From assembly GCA_037142235.1 (NCBI GenBank), contig JBAXBB010000003.1:1-45669 (forward strand): a DNA stretch of 45,669 nt, written 5' to 3'. Below the pieces are notes generated by a model. The model saw only the letters and a list, made by a program, of their open reading frames with translations. It did no database searches and was not told the DNA's origin. This DNA comes from Actinomycetes bacterium. Its GTDB lineage: Bacteria > Actinomycetota > Acidimicrobiia > IMCC26256 > PALSA-555. Below, one piece after another: positions 8,927-17,865 of this stretch; position 1 is the first letter of the stretch, and each line of letters begins with the position of its first letter. The position numbers were made by a program, and so were the translations under genes.

Positions 8927-11053
8927 TTGCCTTCCGTCCTCGCCGTCGAGCACGAACCGATCGTCCAGGTCCTCATCTGCATCGCCGTGATCCTCGCGGT
9001 CGGGAAGATCGTCAGCGCCCTGTGCCGCAAGATCGAGCAGCCCGTCGTGATCGGCGAAATCATCGCCGGGGTCATGCTCGGACCGAGCCTGCTCGGACTC
9101 CTGCCCGGTCACCTCGAGGAGAAGCTCTTCCCGCTCGAGGTCCGTCCGTACCTGAAGCTCGTGGCGCAGGTCGGGTTGATCCTGTTCATGTTCGTCGTGG
9201 GGCTCGAGGTCGACCTCGACGTCGTGCGCCGGAGCGGCAAGCGCGCCGTCGCGATCTCCCTCACCTCGATCGCCGTGCCCCTCGCGCTCGGCATCTTGGT
9301 ACTCGGACCCGTCCTCCACGGTCCGCACGGCTGCGTCCAGATGACGACCAAGGATGCCGCCGCCCGGCACTACACGGCCCAGGACGTCTGCCACCACGCC
9401 GCCACCGGACCGATGACCGACGTCGAGGCCCGGATGTCCGGCGAGCCGACCCGCGACTACCGCGTACCATTCCTCCCGTTCGCGCTGTTCCTCGGTGTCG
9501 CCATGTGCGGGACCGCCTTCGCGGTTCTGGCCCGGATCCTCTCCGAGCGACACATGTTCCGGATACCGCTGGGGGCGCTCCTGGTGGCCTGCGCCGCCAT
9601 CGACGATGTCGTCGCGTTCACCCTCCTCGCCTTCTCCGCCGCGGTCGCCTCCGGGTCGGGGCTCCCGAGCGTGGGGTTGATGCTGCTCGAGCTCGCCGGG
9701 TTCGCGGTGATCCTGGCCGTGGCCGTGCGGCCCCTGCTCGACCGCTTCGTGGTGGAGTCCTACCGCCGGACTGGAACCCTCTCGCTCGACAAGTTGGGGA
9801 TCTTGTTCATCGGCCTGATGATCTCAGCCTGGCTGACGGCCCAGATCGGCGTGCACGAGATCATCGGCGCCTTCTTGTTCGGGGTGTTCATCCCCCGCAG
9901 GGAGGCCAAGGAGATCTTCCACGAGATCTCGAACAAGGTAGAGGGCGTCAGCCTCGGCCTCCTGCTCCCGGTGTTCTTCGTCATCGCAGGCCAGTCGGTC
10001 GACATCACCAAGCTCACCGGGGGCGACCTCCTCCCGTTGCTGCTCATCGTGGTCTGCGCCTTCGTCGGCAAGTTCGGCGGGGCGACCGTCGCCGCACGCA
10101 TCTCCGGCGTCCCGCGCCGCCAGGCGTACGCCGTCGGGACGATGATGAACACCCGGGGCCTCACCGAGTTGGTGATCCTCCAGGTCGGCCTCGACGCCCA
10201 CCTGATCGACGTGCGCATCTACACGATGTTCGTGATCATGGCGGTGCTCACGACCGCCATGGCCGGGCCCCTCCTGAACCTCGTCTACCCCATGAAGTGG
10301 CTCCATCGCGACATCGCCGAGTCCGAGCGCCGCGAGTCCGGAGCGGGGGGCGACCGGGCGGTGGTCGTGATCGACGACCCAGCCGACGTCGACCGCCTCG
10401 CCGTGGCCGCCATCGCCTTCGGCGGACGGATGCCACCTTCGATCACCCTGGTCCGGTTCGTCGAGCAGTCGACACCGCTCGAGGAGCTGACGCGCGTCCT
10501 CTCCCAGACCGAGGAGATCCGCCGGTCCGTCGCGGACCGGGGGGCGCAGGTGAGCGTCGTGTGCCGCCGGAGCGACGACGCCGACGGCGACGTGGCGCGC
10601 GAGGTCGAGCGGATCGCCCCCGACGCCGTGTTCCTCGCCCACGAAGCTCCGGATCTGGTCCACCACATCAGCGGTGACGGAGTCGACACGGTGGTGGTGC
10701 GGGCCGCGTTCGACGCCTCGGCCCCGGTCGTCACCGACGGTGGGAGTTCGAACCAGGCCCTGGCCTGCATCGAACTCGGAGCCCGCTTCGCCCTGGCCTC
10801 TGGTGCGCCGCTCACCGTCCGGCGAGCGGGCCGACGCACGCGTCGGCGGCTCGAGCGCGTCGGCGTGGTCCACCACCACGACGCCACGGCCGCAGCCGCG
10901 CCGGTGGTGATCGCCCTCGAGGGCGCCGAGGGCCCCCTCGAGGTGTTCGCCGGCGAGCGCGACCGGGTCGACCTGGTCGAGCGCCTGGGGGCGTGGCAGT
11001 ACGAGGCGGCCTACGAACCCACGATGTTGCCCGGCACCTCTAGGAGCGGCTGA
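8927..11053 (+). CDS. Cation/H+ antiporter (CPA2) with C-terminal cytoplasmic domain
   Basis: QPVVIGEIIAGVMLGPS, FMFVVGLE, TAFAVLARIL, AAIDD, MNTRGLTELVIL. Start at TTG 8927 is inferred; the upstream part of the listed ORF overlaps the kinase. Confidence 0.88.
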   Translation: MPSVLAVEHEPIVQVLICIAVILAVGKIVSALCRKIEQPVVIGEIIAGVMLGPSLLGLLPGHLEEKLFPLEVRPYLKLVAQVGLILFMFVVGLEVDLDVVRRSGKRAVAISLTSIAVPLALGILVLGPVLHGPHGCVQMTTKDAAARHYTAQDVCHHAATGPMTDVEARMSGEPTRDYRVPFLPFALFLGVAMCGTAFAVLARILSERHMFRIPLGALLVACAAIDDVVAFTLLAFSAAVASGSGLPSVGLMLLELAGFAVILAVAVRPLLDRFVVESYRRTGTLSLDKLGILFIGLMISAWLTAQIGVHEIIGAFLFGVFIPRREAKEIFHEISNKVEGVSLGLLLPVFFVIAGQSVDITKLTGGDLLPLLLIVVCAFVGKFGGATVAARISGVPRRQAYAVGTMMNTRGLTELVILQVGLDAHLIDVRIYTMFVIMAVLTTAMAGPLLNLVYPMKWLHRDIAESERRESGAGGDRAVVVIDDPADVDRLAVAAIAFGGRMPPSITLVRFVEQSTPLEELTRVLSQTEEIRRSVADRGAQVSVVCRRSDDADGDVAREVERIAPDAVFLAHEAPDLVHHISGDGVDTVVVRAAFDASAPVVTDGGSSNQALACIELGARFALASGAPLTVRRAGRRTRRRLERVGVVHHHDATAAAAPVVIALEGAEGPLEVFAGERDRVDLVERLGAWQYEAAYEPTMLPGTSRSG

Positions 11054-12665
11054 CGACCTCGAACACCGGCATCGGTTCCGCCTTGCCCTTCAGCGACATG
11101 TCGCCCCGGGGCGTGAGGCTGAAGGTGGGCTCCAGCATCCGGGCCAGGTCCGGAGAGACCAGGATCGTGCCGGGATCGGCCCGGGAGGTGAGCCGGGCGG
11201 CGACGTTGACGGTGTCGCCGATGAGGTTGAACTCACGCCGGCCGAGGTGGACTCCCATCTCGGCGGCGAAGACCTGACCAAGCGCCATGCCGATCCGACA
11301 CGTGATCCCCGCGGAGCCCATGCGGGCTGCGGTGTCGGCGACGACCGAGCGGACTGCGATCGCCGCGTCGACCGAGCGGACCGGGTCGTCGGTGTGGGCG
11401 TTGAGGACGCCGAACGCCACGAGCACGTCGGAGCCGGATGCCTGGTATGTGACCTTGCGGAGCATCCCGCTCCGGGCGGTCACCACGGCGTCGATCTGCG
11501 CGAACAGGGCGGAGAAGTCGTGGACCAACGCGTCGAGCTGGGTGTCGTCAGACGCGTCGACGTCGGTGTCGAGACCCTCGAGCTTGACGAACCACACGAC
11601 GGGCGTGGCGAACTCCACGGGGATCTTGCGGTCGCGAGCCGTCTCGACGATGACGTCGAGGATCGCTCGCGGCATGTAGGTGGCGAGCGGTTCGACCAGG
11701 TTGAGGGTCTCTGCGATGTCGACGAGCATCGCCTCCACCGTCCGATCGAGCACGACGGGCGTGCGCGGCCGCCGCACCTGGGGGTTGAGGTCGAAGTAGT
11801 CGAGCTCCTCGGGAGTGAGGTCGTCGACGATCAGTACGAAGCCGTCGTCGATGGGCTCGCCGGTGAATCGGTCGCCGGACTCGGCGAACGCCTCCGGGGT
11901 GAGGGTGACCCGGCCGACCACGCCCGCGCCCTCGGCAGCCTTGGTCCGGCGCACGGCTTCACCGAAGAGCACGTGGTCACGACGTCGGGGCGTGCCGACG
12001 TCGCAAGCCAGGAACCGACCGGCGTGGATGCCGATCCGCATGCCGAGCGAGGTGATGCCGGCAGGCGTCTCGATGGAGGCGAACTCCTCCATCGCGCGCT
12101 GCATGCGCAAGCCGGCGTTGATCGCGCGGCGGACGTCGTCGCCGCGGGCGTCGGCGGAGAACCGCACCAGCATGGCGTCACCGGTGAACTCGAGGAGGTT
12201 CCCGCCCGCTTGACCGAAGATGTCGATCATGACCGTGAGGTAGCGGTTGAGCACCGCGTTGACCGCTTCGGCCCCGGCCCGACCCCCACCCGAGTTCGCC
12301 TCCATGAACGGCGTGAACCCGGCGAGGTCGGTGAACATCAGTGCACCCTCCTGCCACTCGTGCCGGATCACGCCCGACGGCGGCGGGTCCTCGGCGAGGT
12401 GACGGGGGATCTGGTCGTAGAGGATGCGCAGCAACGTGCGCAGGTGCACGAAGACGTCGTGGAGGTTGTCGGCGCTCGGGTCAATCCAGGTGCGGGCGTA
12501 GAGCTCGGCCGGCAAGAGGGAGCGCAGCCGGGGCTCGAGGGCGGTCAGGACGTTGGCCGAATCGCCCTCGGTCTCGGAAGGTGCCGGAGACGTCGAGGTG
12601 GCCGTGGCGGCGGGCTCGTCGTCGCCGAAGAGGGCGCCGAACGGATCGGGGTTCCTGGGTCGCAT
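11040..12665 (-). CDS. Class III nucleotidyl cyclase with two tandem catalytic domains (sAC-like)
   Basis: Domain 1: FTDLAGFT, EFTGDA, MRIGIH. Domain 2: RKV, RIGM, EFNLIGDTVNVAARL, LKGK. CATGAT 6 nt upstream of the ATG. Confidence 0.9.
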   Translation of the reverse strand: MRPRNPDPFGALFGDDEPAATATSTSPAPSETEGDSANVLTALEPRLRSLLPAELYARTWIDPSADNLHDVFVHLRTLLRILYDQIPRHLAEDPPPSGVIRHEWQEGALMFTDLAGFTPFMEANSGGGRAGAEAVNAVLNRYLTVMIDIFGQAGGNLLEFTGDAMLVRFSADARGDDVRRAINAGLRMQRAMEEFASIETPAGITSLGMRIGIHAGRFLACDVGTPRRRDHVLFGEAVRRTKAAEGAGVVGRVTLTPEAFAESGDRFTGEPIDDGFVLIVDDLTPEELDYFDLNPQVRRPRTPVVLDRTVEAMLVDIAETLNLVEPLATYMPRAILDVIVETARDRKIPVEFATPVVWFVKLEGLDTDVDASDDTQLDALVHDFSALFAQIDAVVTARSGMLRKVTYQASGSDVLVAFGVLNAHTDDPVRSVDAAIAVRSVVADTAARMGSAGITCRIGMALGQVFAAEMGVHLGRREFNLIGDTVNVAARLTSRADPGTILVSPDLARMLEPTFSLTPRGDMSLKGKAEPMPVFEVVSRS

Positions 12666-12728
12666 CCGAGCATCATGACCGATCCGCGGGCGCGTTGGCA
12701 GTCCGCACCACCGCGGGACGACCCGGGG

Positions 12729-13151
12729 TCAGGCGGCCGGCAGATTCCGCAGGTAGTCGACCCCGAGGAACGGCGACGACACGAGGAAGTCCGCGGTGGA
12801 TCGGTTGCAGGCCACCGGGATGTTCCAGACCACGGCGATCCGGAGCAGGGCCCGGACGTCAGGCTCGTGGGGCTGGGCCTCGAGGGGGTCCCAGAAGAAC
12901 ACCAGGACGTCGAGACGGCCTTCGGCGATCCGCGACCCGATCTGCTGATCACCGCCGAACGGTCCGCTGCGCAGGCACTCGACCTCGAGGCCCACCTCGG
13001 CGGCCAGGCGGCGCCCGGTGGTGCCCGTCGCGACGAGTTCGTGCTGACGGAGGGAATCCCGGTGCTCCCGGGCCCAGGCGACCATGTCGTCCTTGCGGGC
13101 GTCGTGGGCCACGAGGGCGATGCGCTTGCGGCAGGGCAGGTTCTCGTCCAT
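12729..13151 (-). CDS. mgsA: Methylglyoxal synthase
   Basis: IALVAHD, ATGTTG, SGPFGGDQQIG, FFWDPL, PHEPDVRALLR. Confidence 0.96.
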   Translation of the reverse strand: MDENLPCRKRIALVAHDARKDDMVAWAREHRDSLRQHELVATGTTGRRLAAEVGLEVECLRSGPFGGDQQIGSRIAEGRLDVLVFFWDPLEAQPHEPDVRALLRIAVVWNIPVACNRSTADFLVSSPFLGVDYLRNLPAA

Positions 13152-13241
13152 ACGACCACCGTGCCCGGCGCGAGCGACGTCGGCGTGGCGACCACGTGAA
13201 CGGGGGGTGACGATCGTGTGGTCCCGGAGTGGGTGACCGAT

Positions 13242-13736
13242 TCAGGCCGTGGGGCGGCGGGAGAGATCGGCACACTCGAGGCAGACGGCCTCCGGCACGA
13301 CGCCGATCCGCATCAGGCCGGCGAACATGACGCACCCGAGGCAGAGGCCCAGACCCGACTCCAATCCGGCGGCGACCAGCAACAGCGCCAGCAGCGCCAC
13401 CGCGACGGTCGGCGATCCGGCCAGCAGGGCGACGACCGCTCCGCTGCTCACGACCAGCCCGACGGTCTGGGCGAAGCGCTTGGGTGGACCGGGCACGAGG
13501 CGCTCGGGACCGGGCAGACGGGGCACCACCAACCGGGTGACGACGAGCGCCAGCGGGCTGAAGCGCGGTCCCCACCCGACCCGGAGTGCGAAGCCGGCGG
13601 CGAGGACGACCGCCAACCAGTGCCAAACGAAGATTGCGACGAGCGCACCCACCACCACGCCGGCCGCCACGCACCGCGCCGCCCGCTCGTCGACGGTGCT
13701 AGGGAACGGGAACCAGCGGTCGACGACGGAGGACAT
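13242..13736 (-). CDS. DUF4395-like membrane protein
   Basis: VDERAAR, PGPPKRFAQTVG, LESGLGLCLGC; TAGACT 6 nt upstream of the ATG. Confidence 0.85.
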   Translation of the reverse strand: MSSVVDRWFPFPSTVDERAARCVAAGVVVGALVAIFVWHWLAVVLAAGFALRVGWGPRFSPLALVVTRLVVPRLPGPERLVPGPPKRFAQTVGLVVSSGAVVALLAGSPTVAVALLALLLVAAGLESGLGLCLGCVMFAGLMRIGVVPEAVCLECADLSRRPTA

Positions 13737-13797
13737 GCCCTGAGTCTAAACCCGACTTGGAGGGTCGGGAATTCGGGCTCCGGTGCACGGCCCCGGC

Positions 13798-13813
13798 GGG
13801 GACCTTCGGCCCT
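13798..13813. promoter_or_regulatory. Putative DosR/OsdR-type operator GGGGACCTTCGGCCCT
   Basis: Imperfect palindrome resembling the actinobacterial DosR/OsdR box (consensus recalled, not searched), upstream of an Rv0079-like gene. Confidence 0.6.
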
Positions 13814-13890
13814 GGGCCGGGGCAACGGATCGGCCGAAAGATCGCGGCAGGACACGACACCGACGGGCACCACCCGACGAGGAGGCGCAC

Positions 13891-14718
13891 ATGACACTCC
13901 GCCCCGACCCCACCTTGCGCACGGACGCCGGGATCGTGGTCCGCGGCCGGGTCGACGACGCCGACCGGTCGTACGCGCGCGGGAAGCTGGACCACGTCTG
14001 CGAGTGGCTGGCGACACCGGTTCAGTTCGCCCGCATCGAGCTCGCGATGCACGACGATCCGGCCGTGGCGCGACCGGCGTTCGCGAAGGCCGAGGTGGAT
14101 CTCGACGGGCACGTCACGCGGGCCCACGCCGACGCCACCACCATGCGCGAGGCCATCGACCTCGTCGTGCCCCGCCTGCGTCGGCGCCTGGAGGAACGCC
14201 GCCACCGGGCGGCGCAGCAACGCCTCCGCCAGCAAAGGGCGAACAGTCGCCACGACCAGGCCGACGACCATCACTGGCGTCACGGCGATCGAACTGCTCC
14301 GCGGCCGTCGTACTTCCCGCGCCCCACGGAAGAGCGCGAGGTGGTCCGCCACAAGACCTTCGCAGTGGTGGCCTGCACCCCCGACGAGGCCGCCGCCGAC
14401 CTCGAGGCGCTCGACCACGCCTTCTACCTGTTCGTCAACGTCGAGACCGGCGAAGACAACATGATCGCCCGTCAGGCTGACGCGGGCTACGTCCTGGCCG
14501 AGCCGGCCGCCACTCGCTCGCTCCATGAGACCGCTGCCACCATCGCGCCCGATCCGGTGAGGCCCACCACGCTGACACTCGAGGAGGCCGAGGAGATTCT
14601 CGATCTGACCGACGCGCCCTTCGTGTTCCACCTCGACCCGGCGTCGGGTCGCGGTCGGGTGCTGTACCGGCGCTACGACGGTCACTACGGGCTGATCGTG
14701 CCCGCCGACACCGACTGA
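13891..14718 (+). CDS. Ribosome hibernation factor family (HPF/S30AE with duplicated C-terminal domain; Rv0079/DATIN-like)
   Basis: YARGKL...AEVDLDG...EAIDLVVPRLRRRL; VVRHKTF...TPDEA; LTLEEA...VLYRRYDGHYGLI; GGAGG RBS. Confidence 0.88.
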   Translation: MTLRPDPTLRTDAGIVVRGRVDDADRSYARGKLDHVCEWLATPVQFARIELAMHDDPAVARPAFAKAEVDLDGHVTRAHADATTMREAIDLVVPRLRRRLEERRHRAAQQRLRQQRANSRHDQADDHHWRHGDRTAPRPSYFPRPTEEREVVRHKTFAVVACTPDEAAADLEALDHAFYLFVNVETGEDNMIARQADAGYVLAEPAATRSLHETAATIAPDPVRPTTLTLEEAEEILDLTDAPFVFHLDPASGRGRVLYRRYDGHYGLIVPADTD

Positions 14719-14793
14719 GGCGCCCGGGAGCGCCGGACGGGGCCGAAGGGGAAAAGTGCGACGCGCGCTCAGAGGTGCCACAATGATCCGATC

Positions 14794-15579
14794 ATGACGA
14801 CAATCCTCGGTGTGCATTCGTTCCGGCGTGGCGCGGGTAAGTCCCTCCTCGCCGCCAGCCTGGCAGTGGTCATGGCCCGTGCCGGTCTCGACGTGACGGT
14901 CATCGACGCCAACCGCGACTCGGCCGACGTCGCCGCGCGCCTCGGTACCGCGCTGGCGGGGCCCGGCTTCGAAGAGGCACTCACCGGCGCGGCCTCGATC
15001 ACCGACGTCGTCTACGACGCCTCCTCCGTCCTGGGAGGCGGCGCGCTCGGTCGGCTCTCCATCGTCCCCGGTGGGTCACGTTCGGAGACCCACCGCGACG
15101 TCGCCGGGTACCGGGAGCGCGAGATCTCGGTCCTGCGCGAGATCGTCATGACCACCCGCCCGGAACTCGTCGTCATCGACACGCCGTCCGGGCTGACCGA
15201 AGACACCATGACGATCCTCACCGTCGTCGACGACCTGATCCTGATCGCGCAGTCCGAGCACACCGACCACCAGGGCACCGCCGTGACCATCGACGTCGCC
15301 CGCCGGCTGGGGGTCCCGCGGGTCGGGATCGCGCTGGTCGAATTGCCGGTCGCGGTCGTCTCGGAAGGCGACCTCGCGCCCGCCGAGGCGCAGTTCGACG
15401 CACCGGTGATCGGGACCCTGCCCGTCCGGCCCGAAGGTGCCGACCGACCCGACGGTGCACCGTTCGTGGTGCAGCACGCCGCCGACCCGTGGTCGCTGCA
15501 GGTGCTGACGCTGGCCAGTCGCCTCCTCGAGGAGCGCAAGACGCCCCGCCCGGCGGGCCGGATCCTCGGCCCGGCCTGA
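14794..15579 (+). CDS. Second, degenerate MinD/ParA-family protein
   Basis: HSFRRGAGKS, IDAN (DxD lost), IDTPSG, DHQGTAVTIDVARRLGVP nearly identical to the 7241-7999 paralog. Confidence 0.85.
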   Translation: MTTILGVHSFRRGAGKSLLAASLAVVMARAGLDVTVIDANRDSADVAARLGTALAGPGFEEALTGAASITDVVYDASSVLGGGALGRLSIVPGGSRSETHRDVAGYREREISVLREIVMTTRPELVVIDTPSGLTEDTMTILTVVDDLILIAQSEHTDHQGTAVTIDVARRLGVPRVGIALVELPVAVVSEGDLAPAEAQFDAPVIGTLPVRPEGADRPDGAPFVVQHAADPWSLQVLTLASRLLEERKTPRPAGRILGPA

Positions 15580-15608
15580 ACGGCGCCACCCTCCACCCGC
15601 CAGGTCTC

Positions 15609-15646
15609 CGGGCCTTCCGGCCCCGTGACCACGGGCGATCGGCCCT
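15609..15646. promoter_or_regulatory. Tandem DosR/OsdR-like boxes
   Basis: CGGGCCTTCCGGCCCC (15609-15624) and ACGGGCGATCGGCCCT (15631-15646), 22 bp apart, followed by CACAGT at 15654-15659. Confidence 0.45.
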
Positions 15647-15681
15647 GCCCCACCACAGTGGGAGCTCCCCAGGTTCCGGAG

Positions 15682-16404
15682 ATGACCTCACCGCTGCGTC
15701 GTGCCGCACTCCTGCTGGGTCTGGTCGGGATCCTGGTCGGCACGGTCGTCGTCGCCACTCCAGCGTGGGCCCGGGCCTCCGACGGCCAGATCGCCCGACG
15801 GACCCTGATCACCGTGACCGACCTCCCTGGCACCTGGACGTCGACTCCCCCCGATCAGGCCGCGACCACGCGGGCCGAGAAGATCGCCAAGACCATCCCG
15901 GCCTGCAAGGACTACCTCGCCTTCACCCGGGCCAACACCCGGGTCGTCCACGCCGACTCGCGCACCTTCTCCCTCGGGGGCGCGGAGTTGAGCAATAGCG
16001 CCTCGGTGTACCCGAACGTCGCCGCAGCGAACCGGTCGATGCGGTCCCTCGGAGGGTTCGACGTGGCCCAGTGTCTGACCAGCACCTTCCAGAAGGTGGT
16101 CGACCAGGGGCTCGCCGCCGATCCGACGACGCGCGGACAAGTCGCGGCCACGGTGAAGCTGGAGCCCGTGAGCGACGTCCCGACCTCCCTCGGTGACGAC
16201 ATCGTGGCCTATGCGGGCGGCATGACCCTCACGCTCCCCGACGGCTCACAGCAGAACCAGATCCTCGGCTTCATCGCCGTGCGGTTCGGCAGGCTGATCG
16301 ACGGATTCACCTTCTCGGCCCCGACCGGGGTCGACGTTCAAGACCCCCTGCAGGCCGCTCTCGCCAGCAGCGTGGGCCGCGCCAAGGACGCACTGGCCCC
16401 GTAA
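15682..16404 (+). CDS. Secreted hypothetical protein (possibly PknH-like extracellular fold)
   Basis: Signal peptide (RR, hydrophobic stretch, AWA), LITVTDLPGTW, two Cys. The fold call is tentative. Confidence 0.65.
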   Translation: MTSPLRRAALLLGLVGILVGTVVVATPAWARASDGQIARRTLITVTDLPGTWTSTPPDQAATTRAEKIAKTIPACKDYLAFTRANTRVVHADSRTFSLGGAELSNSASVYPNVAAANRSMRSLGGFDVAQCLTSTFQKVVDQGLAADPTTRGQVAATVKLEPVSDVPTSLGDDIVAYAGGMTLTLPDGSQQNQILGFIAVRFGRLIDGFTFSAPTGVDVQDPLQAALASSVGRAKDALAP

Positions 16405-16433
16405 GAGCCGGGTCAGCCCTTCGGTCGGGCGGG

Positions 16434-17618
16434 TCAGTCGAGTGGGAGCACGACGTCGGGCAGCGGGTGGCGGTAGAGCTTGGCCGCGTTCTCGGAGCAC
16501 ATCATCCGCAGCTCCTTCGCCGGGATGTGCCCCCAGACCTTCTCGAGCAACAACTGCGTGTCGGGCCAGGTGCCGTCACCGTGGGGGAAGTCGCACTCCA
16601 CCATGATGTTCTCGACGCCGATGCGGTGCCGCGTGTCGATCGTCGACGGGTCGTCGAGGGTGCAGAACCAGAAGTTCCGCTTCAAGACGTCGGCAGGGCG
16701 CTCGTTCCACGAACCCCCATAACCCGAGCGGTCGACCAGGTTGTCGAGCCGGTCCAGCAACATCGCCACCCAGCCGATCCCGCCCTCGCTCAACGCGATC
16801 TTGAGGTCGGGATGGCGCACAGGGTACAACGAGAAGAGCCATTCCGCCGCGGTCCGCAACGACTGCTGTCCGAACAGCACGGCACCGAGCTCGAAGCTCT
16901 GGGCGCCGGGCGGGAACCCGCTCATGCCCGACGAGCCGACGTGCAGTGACACCACGGTGTCGGTCTCGACGCAGGCCGCAATGATCGGGTCCCAGTGGTC
17001 GCGGTCCCAGAGCGAGGGGAGGCCCACGTCGTGCGGACGCTCGGGGAAACTCACGCCGGTGAACCCGCGCTCCGCGTTGCGACGGATCTCCTGGACCGCG
17101 AGCTGTGGATCGGTCAGGTGGGTGATGCCGACCGGAATGATCCGGTCGGGGTGGGGCTGGTACCACTCCTCGAAGAGCCAGTCGTTCCAGGCCCGGGTGC
17201 AGGCGAAGCCGAGTTCGCCATCCTGGGCCTGGTAGAAGACCCGGCCCGAGAAGCCGGTGATCTGCGACGGGAAGTTGACGGCCGCCCAGACCCCGTTGAG
17301 GTCCATGTCGTGGAGCCGGGCCTCGACGTCGAAGCAGCTCGGGCGCATCTGGTCGAAGCGGAACGGCTCGCGGGTGGTGGCGTCGGGCCGCCGGCCCGCC
17401 ACCGCGTTCGCCCCAACCTGGAAGTGGCGCTGGCCCTCGAACTCCCAGACCTGATGTCCCTGTTCGGTCTCGATGATCTTCGGGGCGCGGTCCTGGAGCG
17501 TTGCCGGCAGGCGTCCCTCGAAGGTGTGCGGCGGCTCGCAGACGTGGTCGTCGACGGAGATGATCGTGTACTTCACGTCGCGCGGCAGCGGCTCGGGCAG
17601 GAACAGCGACTCGTCCAC
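16434..17618 (-). CDS. Amidohydrolase family protein (Amidohydro_2)
   Basis: ISVDDHVCEP, DMDLNGVWA, SLHVGS, SEGGIGW, ECDFPHGD; GTG 17618 with GGAGGA RBS. Confidence 0.9.
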   Translation of the reverse strand: MDESLFLPEPLPRDVKYTIISVDDHVCEPPHTFEGRLPATLQDRAPKIIETEQGHQVWEFEGQRHFQVGANAVAGRRPDATTREPFRFDQMRPSCFDVEARLHDMDLNGVWAAVNFPSQITGFSGRVFYQAQDGELGFACTRAWNDWLFEEWYQPHPDRIIPVGITHLTDPQLAVQEIRRNAERGFTGVSFPERPHDVGLPSLWDRDHWDPIIAACVETDTVVSLHVGSSGMSGFPPGAQSFELGAVLFGQQSLRTAAEWLFSLYPVRHPDLKIALSEGGIGWVAMLLDRLDNLVDRSGYGGSWNERPADVLKRNFWFCTLDDPSTIDTRHRIGVENIMVECDFPHGDGTWPDTQLLLEKVWGHIPAKELRMMCSENAAKLYRHPLPDVVLPLD

Positions 17619-17630
17619 GGGGTCCTCCGG

Positions 17631-17660
17631 TCGGTGCGGATCGGTGCGGATCGGTGCGGG
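17631..17660. repeat. 10-bp tandem repeat TCGGTGCGG(A/G) x3
   Basis: Read directly; lies just upstream of the amidohydrolase RBS. Confidence 0.85.
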
Positions 17661-17760
17661 TCGAAGCGGTTCGGGCACCGGCGCCCGCACATCCTGCCAC
17701 GACCTCGGGCCCTCCGGCCGTCCCACCTCCTGATGCTCGGGGGCACGCGCCGCCGAGACG

Positions 17761-17782
17761 TGTCCCACCCCCGTTGCAGCAT
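17761..17782 (+). promoter_or_regulatory. PafBC/RecA-NDp-like promoter TGTC-N12-CAGCAT
   Basis: TGTCCCACCCCCGTTGCAGCAT has the TGTC to -10 spacing of the mycobacterial RecA-NDp motif; near copy at 18957. Confidence 0.55.
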
Positions 17783-17865
17783 GTGCCCCGTCGACGCGCC
17801 ACCGGTCCACCGAGCACCGACGAATCGTCCCGACACCAGACGAACACCGAGCAGAGGAGATCCCC

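Noticed and set aside
17707-17720. GGGCCCTCCGGCCG as another DosR-like box
   Set aside because: A single imperfect GC-only match with no supporting target gene; likely chance at this GC content.
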